A stretch of 64,000 nucleotides of DNA from Thermoleophilia bacterium (GTDB taxonomy: Bacteria > Actinomycetota > Thermoleophilia > BMS3ABIN01): positions 4,460 through 68,459 of the forward strand of contig JACUUL010000003.1 of NCBI GenBank assembly GCA_014859345.1. Direction: 5' to 3'. Positions within the stretch are counted from its first letter, which is position 1. Each line of letters starts with the position of its first letter. Below are positions 1 to 8,354 of this stretch, one piece after another. The notes beneath the pieces were generated by a model, which did not search any database, was not told the DNA's origin, and worked only from the letters and a program-made list of their open reading frames with translations. Position numbers and translations under genes: made by a program.

Positions 1-1
1 C

Positions 2-1033
2 CACCTTATGGAAAAACAAGAAGTCATCATTTTGTCAGCAAAATTATTGGGTGAAGCAGTTTGGACCTTCGTTGACGATAAAACAAAGGCCCTTTTGGAA
101 AAACTGGATACAGGGAGTAAACGTCTTCTTGACCTACCCGCCGCGATGTCTCGTGGTACGAGTACGGGCGCGGACCACATATTTTGTCTTAATGAAACCG
201 ATGGAACATATTTCTCTAGAGATGGCAATGAAGTAAAAATTGAGCCCGAAATTCTCAGACAGCCTCTCTATGCGACAGATTTCACTCGTTACAATTTCAG
301 ACCCCGGAACAGCGAACATTTGATCTTCCCTTACACAGTAGGGTCTTCCGGATACAGTCTGTTTGATGAAATTGAATTGAAAGAACATTGGCCAATGGCA
401 TACAGATATTTGCTGGCCAACAAGGACAAACTGGAACAAAGAAAGCAATTCAGAAGCTGGTTTGGATATAGTGCCCCCAGGAATCTTAATGTTCACGAAT
501 GCGCCGACCTGCTTGTTCCGCTTTTAGCAGATCGTGGCTTGGCTGCACCAATAACGAACAACTTAAAATACTGTGTCATGGCGAGCGCTGGTTTTAGCAT
601 ACGTCTACTAAATGAAGATAAATCGCTTAATGAAAAATATTTGCTAGGTTTGATAAATTCCAAACTGCTTTTTTGGAAACTCAAATCAATTAGTAATAAG
701 TTTCGCGGCGGGTGGATAACGTGCACAAAACAATACTTTGGAGAGCTTCCCATTCGTGAAATCAACTTCTCCGACCCCGCCGACAAATCCCGCCACGACC
801 AAATGGTCGCACTAGTCAACCGCATGCTCGATTTAAACAAGCAGCTCCAGTCAGCCAAAACAGGCCACGCCAAAACCACTCTCCAGCGCCAGATCGACGC
901 CACCGACCGCCAGATCGACCGCCTAGTATATGAGCTTTATGATCTTACCGATGATGAAATTAAAATCGTGGAAGGCTCGAAGACTATTGAAACAAAAACC
1001 CTCAAGGAAAAAAGAATGAATCAGAGCTTGTAA
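2..1033 (+). CDS. C-terminal part of an Eco57I/PglX-like (type IIG or BREX-type) N6-adenine DNA methyltransferase with TaqI-like C-terminal specificity domain; 5' end outside window
   Basis: Frame is open to the window edge (ORF track 8..1033). By-eye family resemblance includes GGWITCTKQYFGELPI and the characteristic tail QIDATDRQIDRLVYELYDLTDDEIKIVEG. Sequence is AT-rich, unlike most of the window. Confidence 0.6.
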   Translation, partial: HLMEKQEVIILSAKLLGEAVWTFVDDKTKALLEKLDTGSKRLLDLPAAMSRGTSTGADHIFCLNETDGTYFSRDGNEVKIEPEILRQPLYATDFTRYNFRPRNSEHLIFPYTVGSSGYSLFDEIELKEHWPMAYRYLLANKDKLEQRKQFRSWFGYSAPRNLNVHECADLLVPLLADRGLAAPITNNLKYCVMASAGFSIRLLNEDKSLNEKYLLGLINSKLLFWKLKSISNKFRGGWITCTKQYFGELPIREINFSDPADKSRHDQMVALVNRMLDLNKQLQSAKTGHAKTTLQRQIDATDRQIDRLVYELYDLTDDEIKIVEGSKTIETKTLKEKRMNQSL

Positions 1034-1113
1034 TTAATCTCTTTGTGGAAAGACATTTTTGCCAATGAGTATTTCATTGTAATCGTCTTCAGATAAAGGA
1101 CAGTTACACAAAT

Positions 1114-1332
1114 CTACAACTTGTCGATTGCCATCCAAACGAAGTTGCTGACGCATTTTTTTATCAACGGTGAACCCACGGTCTTATCTTTTGCCGAATG
1201 TGATACAAATGTGTAAGGTCCCGTTTCTTTTCCCCTATAGTAATGATGAAAATAAATATGGTGCTTTCCGGTGTTTTTTTTAAAACCCTTTTTTGGTAAA
1301 TTTTTTAGTATTGTTGCACGTTCTATATTCAT
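1114..1332 (-). CDS. small HicA-like (YcfA-type) putative toxin, 72 aa
   Basis: 72-aa basic protein. The pattern LPKKGFKKNTGKHHIYFHHYY..G...TFVSHS resembles the G[FW]...(H/D)H..[FY]....G......VSH core of HicA/YcfA-type mRNA interferases. Its start overlaps the upstream stop by 1 nt (TAATG at 1330-1334). Confidence 0.4.
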   Translation of the reverse strand: MNIERATILKNLPKKGFKKNTGKHHIYFHHYYRGKETGPYTFVSHSAKDKTVGSPLIKKCVSNFVWMAIDKL

Positions 1333-1763
1333 TAATCCTCAACAAATAAATCATTATAAGATTGTTTAAGACACTCTGCCTCACCCGTAACGTCATCCCA
1401 ACTTAATGATTTATAGTGTTGATATAAATAGATTAAATGGTGCTTAAAAGCTTCGATTGCAGCGGCATACGATTCACCAACGGCATAAATGTTCAAAGAC
1501 TCATTCTCAGCACAATAATGATTCATTACACGACAAACGTAAATAGAAATAGCCTTATTAGCCTTTAGAGACAGACCATCATCTTTAAAACGCCAAGCTG
1601 GAATGCTTTCAATCACTTTATTCTGAAACATTTCACGAGCATCGATGATATCGGCTGCAGTCTCAGTCGGAATAATTTCATTAAATCTGCTCGAAGATAA
1701 TCGAAACAAGCAAGGAGCAATCTCAGCTTCGAGTTCATTCACTTCTGCAAAGCCGATATTCAT
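1332..1763 (-). CDS. hypothetical protein, possible HicB-like antitoxin partner, 143 aa
   Basis: Sits directly upstream of, and is coupled to, the HicA-like ORF. The C-terminal half (HYCAENESLNIYAVGESYAAAIEAFKHHLIYLYQHY) resembles the HicB N-domain pattern (..A.cpel.i.a.GeT.eEAi...k.al). The assignment is weak. Confidence 0.3.
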   Translation of the reverse strand: MNIGFAEVNELEAEIAPCLFRLSSSRFNEIIPTETAADIIDAREMFQNKVIESIPAWRFKDDGLSLKANKAISIYVCRVMNHYCAENESLNIYAVGESYAAAIEAFKHHLIYLYQHYKSLSWDDVTGEAECLKQSYNDLFVED

Positions 1764-2476
1764 TGTTGTTCACCTCTCAGATATTCTCTATATTCCTCAG
1801 TTATCAAATTTTCGAATAAGCCACTGGTCTCTTGATGAGCGGTTTTTAGATTTGACCGAAGTTTGGAAAAAACAAGATTCTGTTGTATCGAATAATCGAA
1901 ATCGAGAAGGAAAGCTTCTCGGTCATCCTCTGTGTTCTGAACGGTTTGTAATCTTGTAACGATTGTATCGCTCGTATTTCTAGTTGCTAAAACGAGACTG
2001 ATATTTTCAAACTTGCTTTTATTTCCTTTAGGTACCTCTACGGAAATTGAAAAAAAACTGTCCAAAGGAATTTCCTGATCTTGGCGAACAAAGGGGATTA
2101 TATTTATATATCGCCAACCTACCCTATTTAACTTATTTAGAGGCACAATCTTTTCTAGAATTTTCGCAAGACGCATAAACTCTTTAATAAATTTTTCATG
2201 TCCTTGGTATTGCTTTTCGTAATAGGAAAAACTGTTAATAGCTAAGCCCACACCAGCAGTATCCTCTTCATTTTGAAACCGATAGGGCTCAAGAGACATT
2301 GGCTTGCCCTCGCTGGATTTCGGGACATAAATTTTAGGATACTTTTGTCTAATGGCCGAAAAAAAGATGTCTCTCTTGCACTCAACCGACATTTCTCCCG
2401 GAAAACGAATTTCACAAGCTACTTCGACAAGGGGAGAATTAGGATAAACAGGCGATGGTGACGCTTTATTTGGCAA
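1760..2476 (-). CDS. TIGR04255-family uncharacterised protein, 238 aa
   Basis: The N-terminus YPNSPLVEVACEIRFPGE matches my memory of the TIGR04255 signature (y.naPl.Eavcei.F). ATGA overlap with the next ORF at 1760-1763. Probable TTG start with GGAG upstream. Confidence 0.55.
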   Translation of the reverse strand: MPNKASPSPVYPNSPLVEVACEIRFPGEMSVECKRDIFFSAIRQKYPKIYVPKSSEGKPMSLEPYRFQNEEDTAGVGLAINSFSYYEKQYQGHEKFIKEFMRLAKILEKIVPLNKLNRVGWRYINIIPFVRQDQEIPLDSFFSISVEVPKGNKSKFENISLVLATRNTSDTIVTRLQTVQNTEDDREAFLLDFDYSIQQNLVFSKLRSNLKTAHQETSGLFENLITEEYREYLRGEQQ

Positions 2477-2686
2477 AAGGCTTCTCCAACAATAATTATG
2501 CTTGCAAGGGAATAATTTAGTCTATCAGATAAGGTTCCCTTTTTAAGCGAAATTGATCCGAGACAGGCTGCCATAGACAAAAATCCTTCGAGTATGCGGG
2601 GAATAGTGTGGGGAAAGAGAGAAGGGGAATCTAGTCCGACGGCAACCCGGCAAGTTAATAATGCCGCATTAGCAGGGGGAAAGTAT

Positions 2687-2762
2687 TGGAGCGGATGACG
2701 GGATTCGAACCCGCGATCTTCGGCTTGGGAAGCCGACGCGTTACCAGCTACGCCACATCCGC
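2687..2762 (-). tRNA. tRNA-Gly, anticodon CCC, with encoded CCA
   Basis: Reverse complement GCGGATGTGGCGTAGCTGGTAACGCGTCGGCTTCCCAAGCCGAAGATCGCGGGTTCGAATCCCGTCATCCGCTCCA folds as a cloverleaf. Acceptor GCGGATG/CATCCGC, anticodon stem TCGGC/GCCGA, loop TTCCCAA, T-arm GCGGG-TTCGAAT-CCCGT. Confidence 0.93.
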
Positions 2763-3085
2763 CCGATATCAAAATGCCTGCCGATCCCGATACCATATCG
2801 CATTCGCCCGGGCCGGCTGAGGTCTCCATACGATAAACTCAACATCTCCCATTCCAGAGCCTCTTGCCAGGGCGGCGAAGCCTCCGCGTGCGTACCATTA
2901 TATACGGTCTAAGTCAGGGCGGGGAAGAAGAACAGGCGGGCAGATGTCAAAAACCGCCCGGATAAACGGTCCTTGTTTAACGGTCGGGGAACAGGCTTTT
3001 TAGTCAGCCATGAATCGGCGCACCCGCGCTCCTGCAGAAACGGCAAAGCCGACCCCCGCGGAGATACCCGGCGTCTGAACCGGTA

Positions 3086-4045
3086 TCACCGCAGCTGCTC
3101 CTCGGCCAGATATTCCTTGAACCAGGATATGGTGTGCGTCAGGCCCTCTTCCACTTTCAAGGTGGGCTCCCAGTCCAGGAGCTTTTTCGCCAGGGAGATG
3201 TCCGGCCGCCTCCGCCTGGGGTCGTCGGTAGGGAGCGCCTGATAGATGATGTCGCTCTTGCTGCCGGTGATCTCGATAATAAGTTCCGCCAGCTTTCTAA
3301 TCGTGTATTCGGCCGGGTTGCCCAGGTTCACCGGAAAGTGGTAGCCGCTCATCATCGCCCGGTAAATACCCTCCACGAGATCGGATACGTAGCAGAAGCT
3401 CCGGGTCTGGCTGCCGTCGCCGAACACGGTCAGGTGCTTGTCCTCCAGGGCCTGGCGGATGAAGGTCGGTACAGCCCGGCCATCGTGCGGCCGCATCCGG
3501 GGACCATAAGTGTTGAATATCCTGATGATGCGCGTGTCCACTCCCTGCTGACGCTGGTAGGCCATGGTAGTAGTCTCGGCGTATCGCTTGGCCTCGTCAT
3601 ACACGCTTCTGGGTCCGATGGGATTGACGTTCCCCCAATAGTCCTCGCTCTGGGGGTGGACTTCCGGATCTCCGTACACCTCGGAGGTGGAGGCCAGCAG
3701 GAACCGGGCCCGCTTCCACTTGGCCAGGCCTATGGCGTTGCGGGTGCCCACGGCGCCGACCTTCAGGGTATGCAGCGGGATCTGCAGATAATCGACGGGG
3801 CTGGCGGGGCTGGCCATGTGATATACATAATCCACCTGGCCGTCTATCTCGATGAAATCCGTGATGTCCACGTTCATGTAGACGAAGTCCGGGGAATCAA
3901 TGTGCTCCAGGTTGCGGAGGGTGCCGGTATTGAGGTTGTCCAGACCGATGACCCGGTGGCCCCTGGCCAGCAGGAAATCACACAGATGAGAACCGATGAA
4001 TCCGGCCGCGCCGGTGATGACCGAAACCTTCTGCCTTTCTGCCAT
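3086..4045 (-). CDS. uxs: UDP-glucuronate decarboxylase (UDP-xylose synthase), SDR family
   Basis: [10 protein letters not shown] Rossmann motif, STSEVYG and YDEAKR catalytic motifs, and FNTYGPRM, all typical of the UXS subfamily of NAD-dependent epimerase/dehydratases. Confidence 0.8.
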   Translation of the reverse strand: MAERQKVSVITGAAGFIGSHLCDFLLARGHRVIGLDNLNTGTLRNLEHIDSPDFVYMNVDITDFIEIDGQVDYVYHMASPASPVDYLQIPLHTLKVGAVGTRNAIGLAKWKRARFLLASTSEVYGDPEVHPQSEDYWGNVNPIGPRSVYDEAKRYAETTTMAYQRQQGVDTRIIRIFNTYGPRMRPHDGRAVPTFIRQALEDKHLTVFGDGSQTRSFCYVSDLVEGIYRAMMSGYHFPVNLGNPAEYTIRKLAELIIEITGSKSDIIYQALPTDDPRRRRPDISLAKKLLDWEPTLKVEEGLTHTISWFKEYLAEEQLR

Positions 4046-4143
4046 TTTCCTCCCGTCGTGATGAAGCAGGAAGAAGACCGGGCTCCCTGCCGTTTCCCCG
4101 CCCCCGTATTTTCTATAAAATAGAATATCTCACATTTCGCAAT

Positions 4144-4563
4144 TTGTTTCGAATCAACCCCGGAGGTGCTCTCATAAGCAGAATCCAGATAATCGCCGTC
4201 GCCGTCTCGGTCTTTCTGATCCTGGTTGTGTTTCAGCTCATCCGGCGGAAGAAACTCAAAGAGCAGTATTCCCTGCTCTGGTTCCTTACGGTGATGGTCA
4301 TCCTGGCGCTGGCGCTGTGGGACAGGCCGCTGCTGTTCATGTCCAGAGCCGTTGGCATCGCTACCCCCTCGAACCTGCTGTTTTTGATGGCGATGATCTT
4401 CCTTTTCGTGATGGCCATGCACTTCTCGCTGCTGGTGTCCCGTCTTACCGACCAGAGCAAGATGCTGGCGCAGAAAGTTGCGCTTCTGGACCGCGACCTG
4501 AGGAAGGCCAGGAAGGAATCGGGGAATAGTCCGCCCGATAACGTCTCTGATGAACAGGCATGA
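4144..4563 (+). CDS. DUF2304-family small membrane protein
   Basis: Three hydrophobic segments and the motif IRRKKLKEQYSLLWF typical of DUF2304 proteins that accompany GT2 enzymes. The start codon is uncertain (TTG at 4144; no ATG or GTG in frame nearby). Confidence 0.55.
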   Translation: MFRINPGGALISRIQIIAVAVSVFLILVVFQLIRRKKLKEQYSLLWFLTVMVILALALWDRPLLFMSRAVGIATPSNLLFLMAMIFLFVMAMHFSLLVSRLTDQSKMLAQKVALLDRDLRKARKESGNSPPDNVSDEQA

Positions 4564-5593
4564 GGGAATCAGCAATGGCGGGCGGAGCGGCCGGCTGAAG
4601 CGAATTCTTGGTTCCAGGCCCTTCAGGGCAGCGGTAAGCGCCGGCCTGCTGGCCGCCCTGTTTCTGAAGCTGGGCTTCAGCGGAGACCTTGCCCAGACCG
4701 GCCAGACCCTCATCCAGGTGCAGGGGGATCTGCTGGCGCTGGGCATTTTCGTTTTCCTGGTGACCAACATGGTCAGCGTCTCCAAATGGCTCCTGATCGT
4801 GCGCGCCCAGGGGCAGACGGTGATGGGCAGGCCCGTTTCCTATCTCTACCTGACCTCGCTTTTTTACATCGGGCTGTTCTTCAACAACCTCATGCTCACC
4901 AGCGTGGGCGGAGACGTGGTGCGGGCCTTCAAACTTTCGCGGGCATCGTCGCGGCCCCCGGAGGCCGCCGGCTCCGTGTTTCTGGACCGGGTCAGCTCGA
5001 CAGTGGCGCTGCTGGTTCTGGCCATGATCGCCATGCTCTGGGGGCTTAAGGACCTGCCGGTGCAATACGCGTTCATGATCCTGGGAATGTTCATCGTTTC
5101 CCTTGCCATGGTGGCCTTCTTCGCCAGCGAGCGGGCAGCGCGGCGACTGGGCCGCTTTCCCCTTCTCAGGATGGATCCGCTGGGTTTGAGACGTCACCTG
5201 CGCAGCTTTTACTTCTCTTTGAATGAATTCAAGCGCCTGCCGCGGACGCTGGCAGTGGTGCTTGCCGTCTCCTTTACTTATCAGATCCTGCATATCCTGA
5301 CCGTCTACGTGCTGGCCCTGGCGCTGGGAATAACAATCCCCGTGATGTACTATTTTCTTTTCATCCCCGTGGTGTTGGCTGTGAGCATGCTGCCAATCTC
5401 AATTGGGGGCTTCGGGGTCAGGGAAAGCGCCTGGGTGGTCCTTTTCAGCCAGGTGGGGGTTGGCGCCGGCCAGGCGCTCTCGATGTCCCTGCTGAGCGTG
5501 ATGGTGATGACGGCCGTGAGCCTGGCGGGCGGGGTCTTCTACCTCTTCGACCGCGCCGTGCCGGCCCCGGAGGGAGAGACCGGCAATGGATGA
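4550..5593 (+). CDS. flippase-like polytopic membrane protein (lysyl-phosphatidylglycerol synthase TM-region / UPF0104 family)
   Basis: Multi-TM protein with GGDVVRAFKL and LPISIGGFGVRESAWVVLF motifs characteristic of this family. Overlaps both neighbours, consistent with an operon. Confidence 0.6.
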   Translation: MNRHEGISNGGRSGRLKRILGSRPFRAAVSAGLLAALFLKLGFSGDLAQTGQTLIQVQGDLLALGIFVFLVTNMVSVSKWLLIVRAQGQTVMGRPVSYLYLTSLFYIGLFFNNLMLTSVGGDVVRAFKLSRASSRPPEAAGSVFLDRVSSTVALLVLAMIAMLWGLKDLPVQYAFMILGMFIVSLAMVAFFASERAARRLGRFPLLRMDPLGLRRHLRSFYFSLNEFKRLPRTLAVVLAVSFTYQILHILTVYVLALALGITIPVMYYFLFIPVVLAVSMLPISIGGFGVRESAWVVLFSQVGVGAGQALSMSLLSVMVMTAVSLAGGVFYLFDRAVPAPEGETGNG

Positions 5594-6302
5594 ATCCAGC
5601 GTCCTGATAATCATACCGGCCCATAACGAGGCTGACGCCCTGGCCGGCGTCATCGGCGAGGTCAAGTCCTCCCTGCCGGCTGCTGGCGTCGTGGTGGTGG
5701 ACGACGGCTCCACCGATGAGACTCCCCGAATAGCTCTGGAAAGCGGAGCGGAGCTTCTGAGCCTGCCATACAACCTGGGAATCGGCAGCAGCATGCAGAC
5801 CGGTTTCAAGCTGGCGGCGCAGAAGGGATACGGCATAGCCGTGCAGGTGGACGGCGACGGCCAGCACGACCCCCGCGAAGTACGGCTGCTTCTGGAACCG
5901 ATTTTGCGAGGTGAATGCGACATGACCGTAGGCTCCCGCTACCTGGAAAAGAATGATTACAGCGGCTCGGCGGGCAGGCGGCTGGGCACGGCGCTCTTTT
6001 CCAGAATGCTTTCCCTGATGGTGGGCCAGAAGCTGACGGACGCCACCTCGGGATTCCGCGCCATCAACCGCCGCCTCATCGAGCACTTCGCCCATGACTA
6101 CCCCCGCGACTATCCAGAGGTCGAGGCGCTGATGGTGGCCCACATGGCGCGCTGCCGGATCAGGGAGATTCCGGTGCGAATGCGCCAGCGGGGCGGCGGC
6201 CGCTCGTCCATAAACAGTTTCCGCTCTGTATATTACATGGTCAAGGTGCTGCTGGCGCTGCTGGTGGTAGCCACCCGCGGACGGGCGCCGAAGGTAAGCT
6301 GA
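5586..6302 (+). CDS. GT2 glycosyltransferase, polyprenyl-phosphate-sugar synthase-like (DPM1/GtrB-like, soluble form)
   Basis: IIIPAHNEADAL, VVVVDDGSTDET and QVDGDGQHDP (DxD-type) motifs. Confidence 0.75.
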   Translation: MDESSVLIIIPAHNEADALAGVIGEVKSSLPAAGVVVVDDGSTDETPRIALESGAELLSLPYNLGIGSSMQTGFKLAAQKGYGIAVQVDGDGQHDPREVRLLLEPILRGECDMTVGSRYLEKNDYSGSAGRRLGTALFSRMLSLMVGQKLTDATSGFRAINRRLIEHFAHDYPRDYPEVEALMVAHMARCRIREIPVRMRQRGGGRSSINSFRSVYYMVKVLLALLVVATRGRAPKVS

Positions 6303-6355
6303 GGTTGAGATAATTTAGTATTGTGTCCCCGAAATCGGGGCCGGGTGAAGCGTAA

Positions 6356-7075
6356 ATGTCTTACTATAAATATTACTTCTCCACAAAAGAGATCGAAGGC
6401 AGCGCCGAGCGCATTGCCGCGAAAAACAGGCTCATTTACAGCCTGCTGGAGCGGCACTTGCCTGCAGAAGCCCCTGTGCTGGAGCTGGGAGTCGGCAAGG
6501 GCTTCTTCGCCCGGCTCTGCGATGAGCACGGTCATCCCTATCAGGGTTTGGAGGCTGATCACGAACAGTGCCGGATGCTCGAGCAGGACGGCATCGAGGT
6601 GACATGCGCCAGCGTGCCGCCCGTCACCATGCCGGCGCCGGAGGGGGGATTCGGCCTCATTTACAGCGCCCACCTCCTGGAGCACCTGAAAGGGAGCCAT
6701 GAGGTACACAGGCTGCTGGCGGACTGCGCCGGCCTGCTGGCCGATGACGGAGTGGCCGCCATGTTGTTCCCGGATGCCATGGCCATGGGCAAGCACTTCT
6801 GGAACTGTGACTACACCCACGCATTTCCAACCACCGAGCGGCGGGTGGCCCAGGCAATGGCGGACGCCGGCCTGGAAGTCATGGCAGCCCACCGCCTGTG
6901 CGGTCACTACACCGGGGGCAAGCGGCTGCTGGCCAGGCTGGGGTCACATCCCCTGGTTCTCGGAGCGGCCCAGGCAATCGCCGGCAAAGCCGAGCGCCGG
7001 GATCTCTTTTACCGGGGATGGATGTATCTGCAGCAGGATATCCTCCTGGTGGCGCGCCTGCCCCGGGCGGATTAG
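6356..7075 (+). CDS. class I SAM-dependent methyltransferase
   Basis: VLELGVGKGFF glycine-rich SAM motif, then LIYSAHLLEHL. Confidence 0.7.
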   Translation: MSYYKYYFSTKEIEGSAERIAAKNRLIYSLLERHLPAEAPVLELGVGKGFFARLCDEHGHPYQGLEADHEQCRMLEQDGIEVTCASVPPVTMPAPEGGFGLIYSAHLLEHLKGSHEVHRLLADCAGLLADDGVAAMLFPDAMAMGKHFWNCDYTHAFPTTERRVAQAMADAGLEVMAAHRLCGHYTGGKRLLARLGSHPLVLGAAQAIAGKAERRDLFYRGWMYLQQDILLVARLPRAD

Positions 7076-7101
7076 AGATTAGCGCTGTTTGCTTCCTCAC
7101 A

Positions 7102-8154
7102 ATGATGGAATATGCGAACACAAAACCCCAGGTGGATGTCATCGTGCCCAATTACAACGGTCAGGACTTCCTGCCGGCCTGCCTGGGCTCCCTTCTCAGA
7201 CTGGACTACCCCGATTACCGGGTCATGGTGGTGGACAACGCTTCCACTGACGGCTCTGTGGCTCTGATCAAGAAAGAGTTCCCCCAGGTCGAAATCATCC
7301 AGAATCGCCGCAATACCGGGTTTGCAGGCGGCTGCAATTCCGGGCTCAAGCGGGCGCTCGAGGGGACAGCCCGTTACTTCGTTCTGGTAAACAACGACAC
7401 CACGGCTGATCCGGACTGGCTGAGGGAACTGGTGGCCGCGGCCGATTCGGACCCTCGCATCGGCCTTTGCCAATCGATGATCTATCTGGACGGCGAACCC
7501 GAGCGGATCAACAGCGCCGGCAACGAGGCCCACTATCTGGGGTTCGGTTATTGCGGGCATTACCTGGAGGTTGACAGGGGCCAGTTCCCCGAAGTCGCCG
7601 ACGTGCCTTTTGCCAGCGGCACGGCGCTGCTGCTCAGGCGCGAGACGCTGGAGGAGATCGGCCTCCTGGACGAGGACTTTTTCATGTACCAGGAGGACAT
7701 GGACCTGGGCTGGCGGGCGCGGCTGGCCGGCTGGCGGGTAGTGCTGGCCTCGCGGTCCCGCATCCACCACAGCTATTCCTTCAGCCGTAATCCGGAGAAG
7801 TTCTATTACCTGGAGCGCAACCGCCTGGTCATGAGCCTGAAGAACTACAGCGGCCGCAGCCTCCTGGTGATGGCCCCGGCGTTTCTGGGCGCCGAGACGG
7901 CCATGCTGGCTTATTCGGTTGCGGGGGGCTGGTTCAGGCAGAAGCTCAGGGGATATCTTTACCTGATCCGCAACTTTGACGCCATTAACCGCAAGCGCCG
8001 CCAGGTGCAGCTGCTGCGGCAGACCGGCGACAGCGAGGCGACGGCCTTTTGGACCAGCCGCATGGGATTCGCTGACCTGCGGGAGTCACGGTTGACGAAG
8101 ATCGCCAATCCCGTGTCGGCGGCCTACTGGAAGCTGGCCCGCAAGCTGATATAA
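7102..8154 (+). CDS. GT2 glycosyltransferase (rhamnosyltransferase-like)
   Basis: VDVIVPNYNG, VVDNASTDGS, NTGFAGGCN and DMDLGWR motifs. ORF 6898..8154 has a GC-driven N-terminal extension overlapping the previous gene; in-frame ATG ATG at 7102 precedes the GT2 fold. Confidence 0.75.
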   Translation: MMEYANTKPQVDVIVPNYNGQDFLPACLGSLLRLDYPDYRVMVVDNASTDGSVALIKKEFPQVEIIQNRRNTGFAGGCNSGLKRALEGTARYFVLVNNDTTADPDWLRELVAAADSDPRIGLCQSMIYLDGEPERINSAGNEAHYLGFGYCGHYLEVDRGQFPEVADVPFASGTALLLRRETLEEIGLLDEDFFMYQEDMDLGWRARLAGWRVVLASRSRIHHSYSFSRNPEKFYYLERNRLVMSLKNYSGRSLLVMAPAFLGAETAMLAYSVAGGWFRQKLRGYLYLIRNFDAINRKRRQVQLLRQTGDSEATAFWTSRMGFADLRESRLTKIANPVSAAYWKLARKLI

Positions 8155-8354
8155 ACGGTCGAAGTGGATTTACAGGGCGCCTGGACGCAGGCAGCATCGG
8201 GGTTCCAGCTTTTTCCGGCCGGCCCCTTGAGGTATGATTTGACGGCCTCGACAGGAACAAGCCCCGTTTCCCTTAAAGGATCCATCATGAAGGCAGGCAG
8301 GACAATCCCCTTTCCGGGAATGGTCGGACATTCATTCCGGAGAGGGGAATAATC

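Noticed and set aside
2419-2829. 136-aa minus-strand ORF
   Set aside because: It overlaps the tRNA-Gly gene and non-coding flanks. The tRNA cloverleaf explains the sequence.
3134-4123. 329-aa ORF on the plus strand
   Set aside because: It lies entirely antisense to the well-supported UDP-xylose synthase gene. Its translation is Gly/Ala/Arg/Pro/Val-rich with no motifs, typical of a GC-driven shadow ORF.
6898-7101. N-terminal extensions of several ORFs (6898..7101, 55757..55897, 56407..56544, 26647..26721, 49805..49906, 50697..50801, 21374..21484, 25262..25312)
   Set aside because: The extensions overlap upstream genes or are low-complexity, and homology to the respective families begins at internal start codons. 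They are treated as ORF-caller artefacts, though exact starts remain uncertain.
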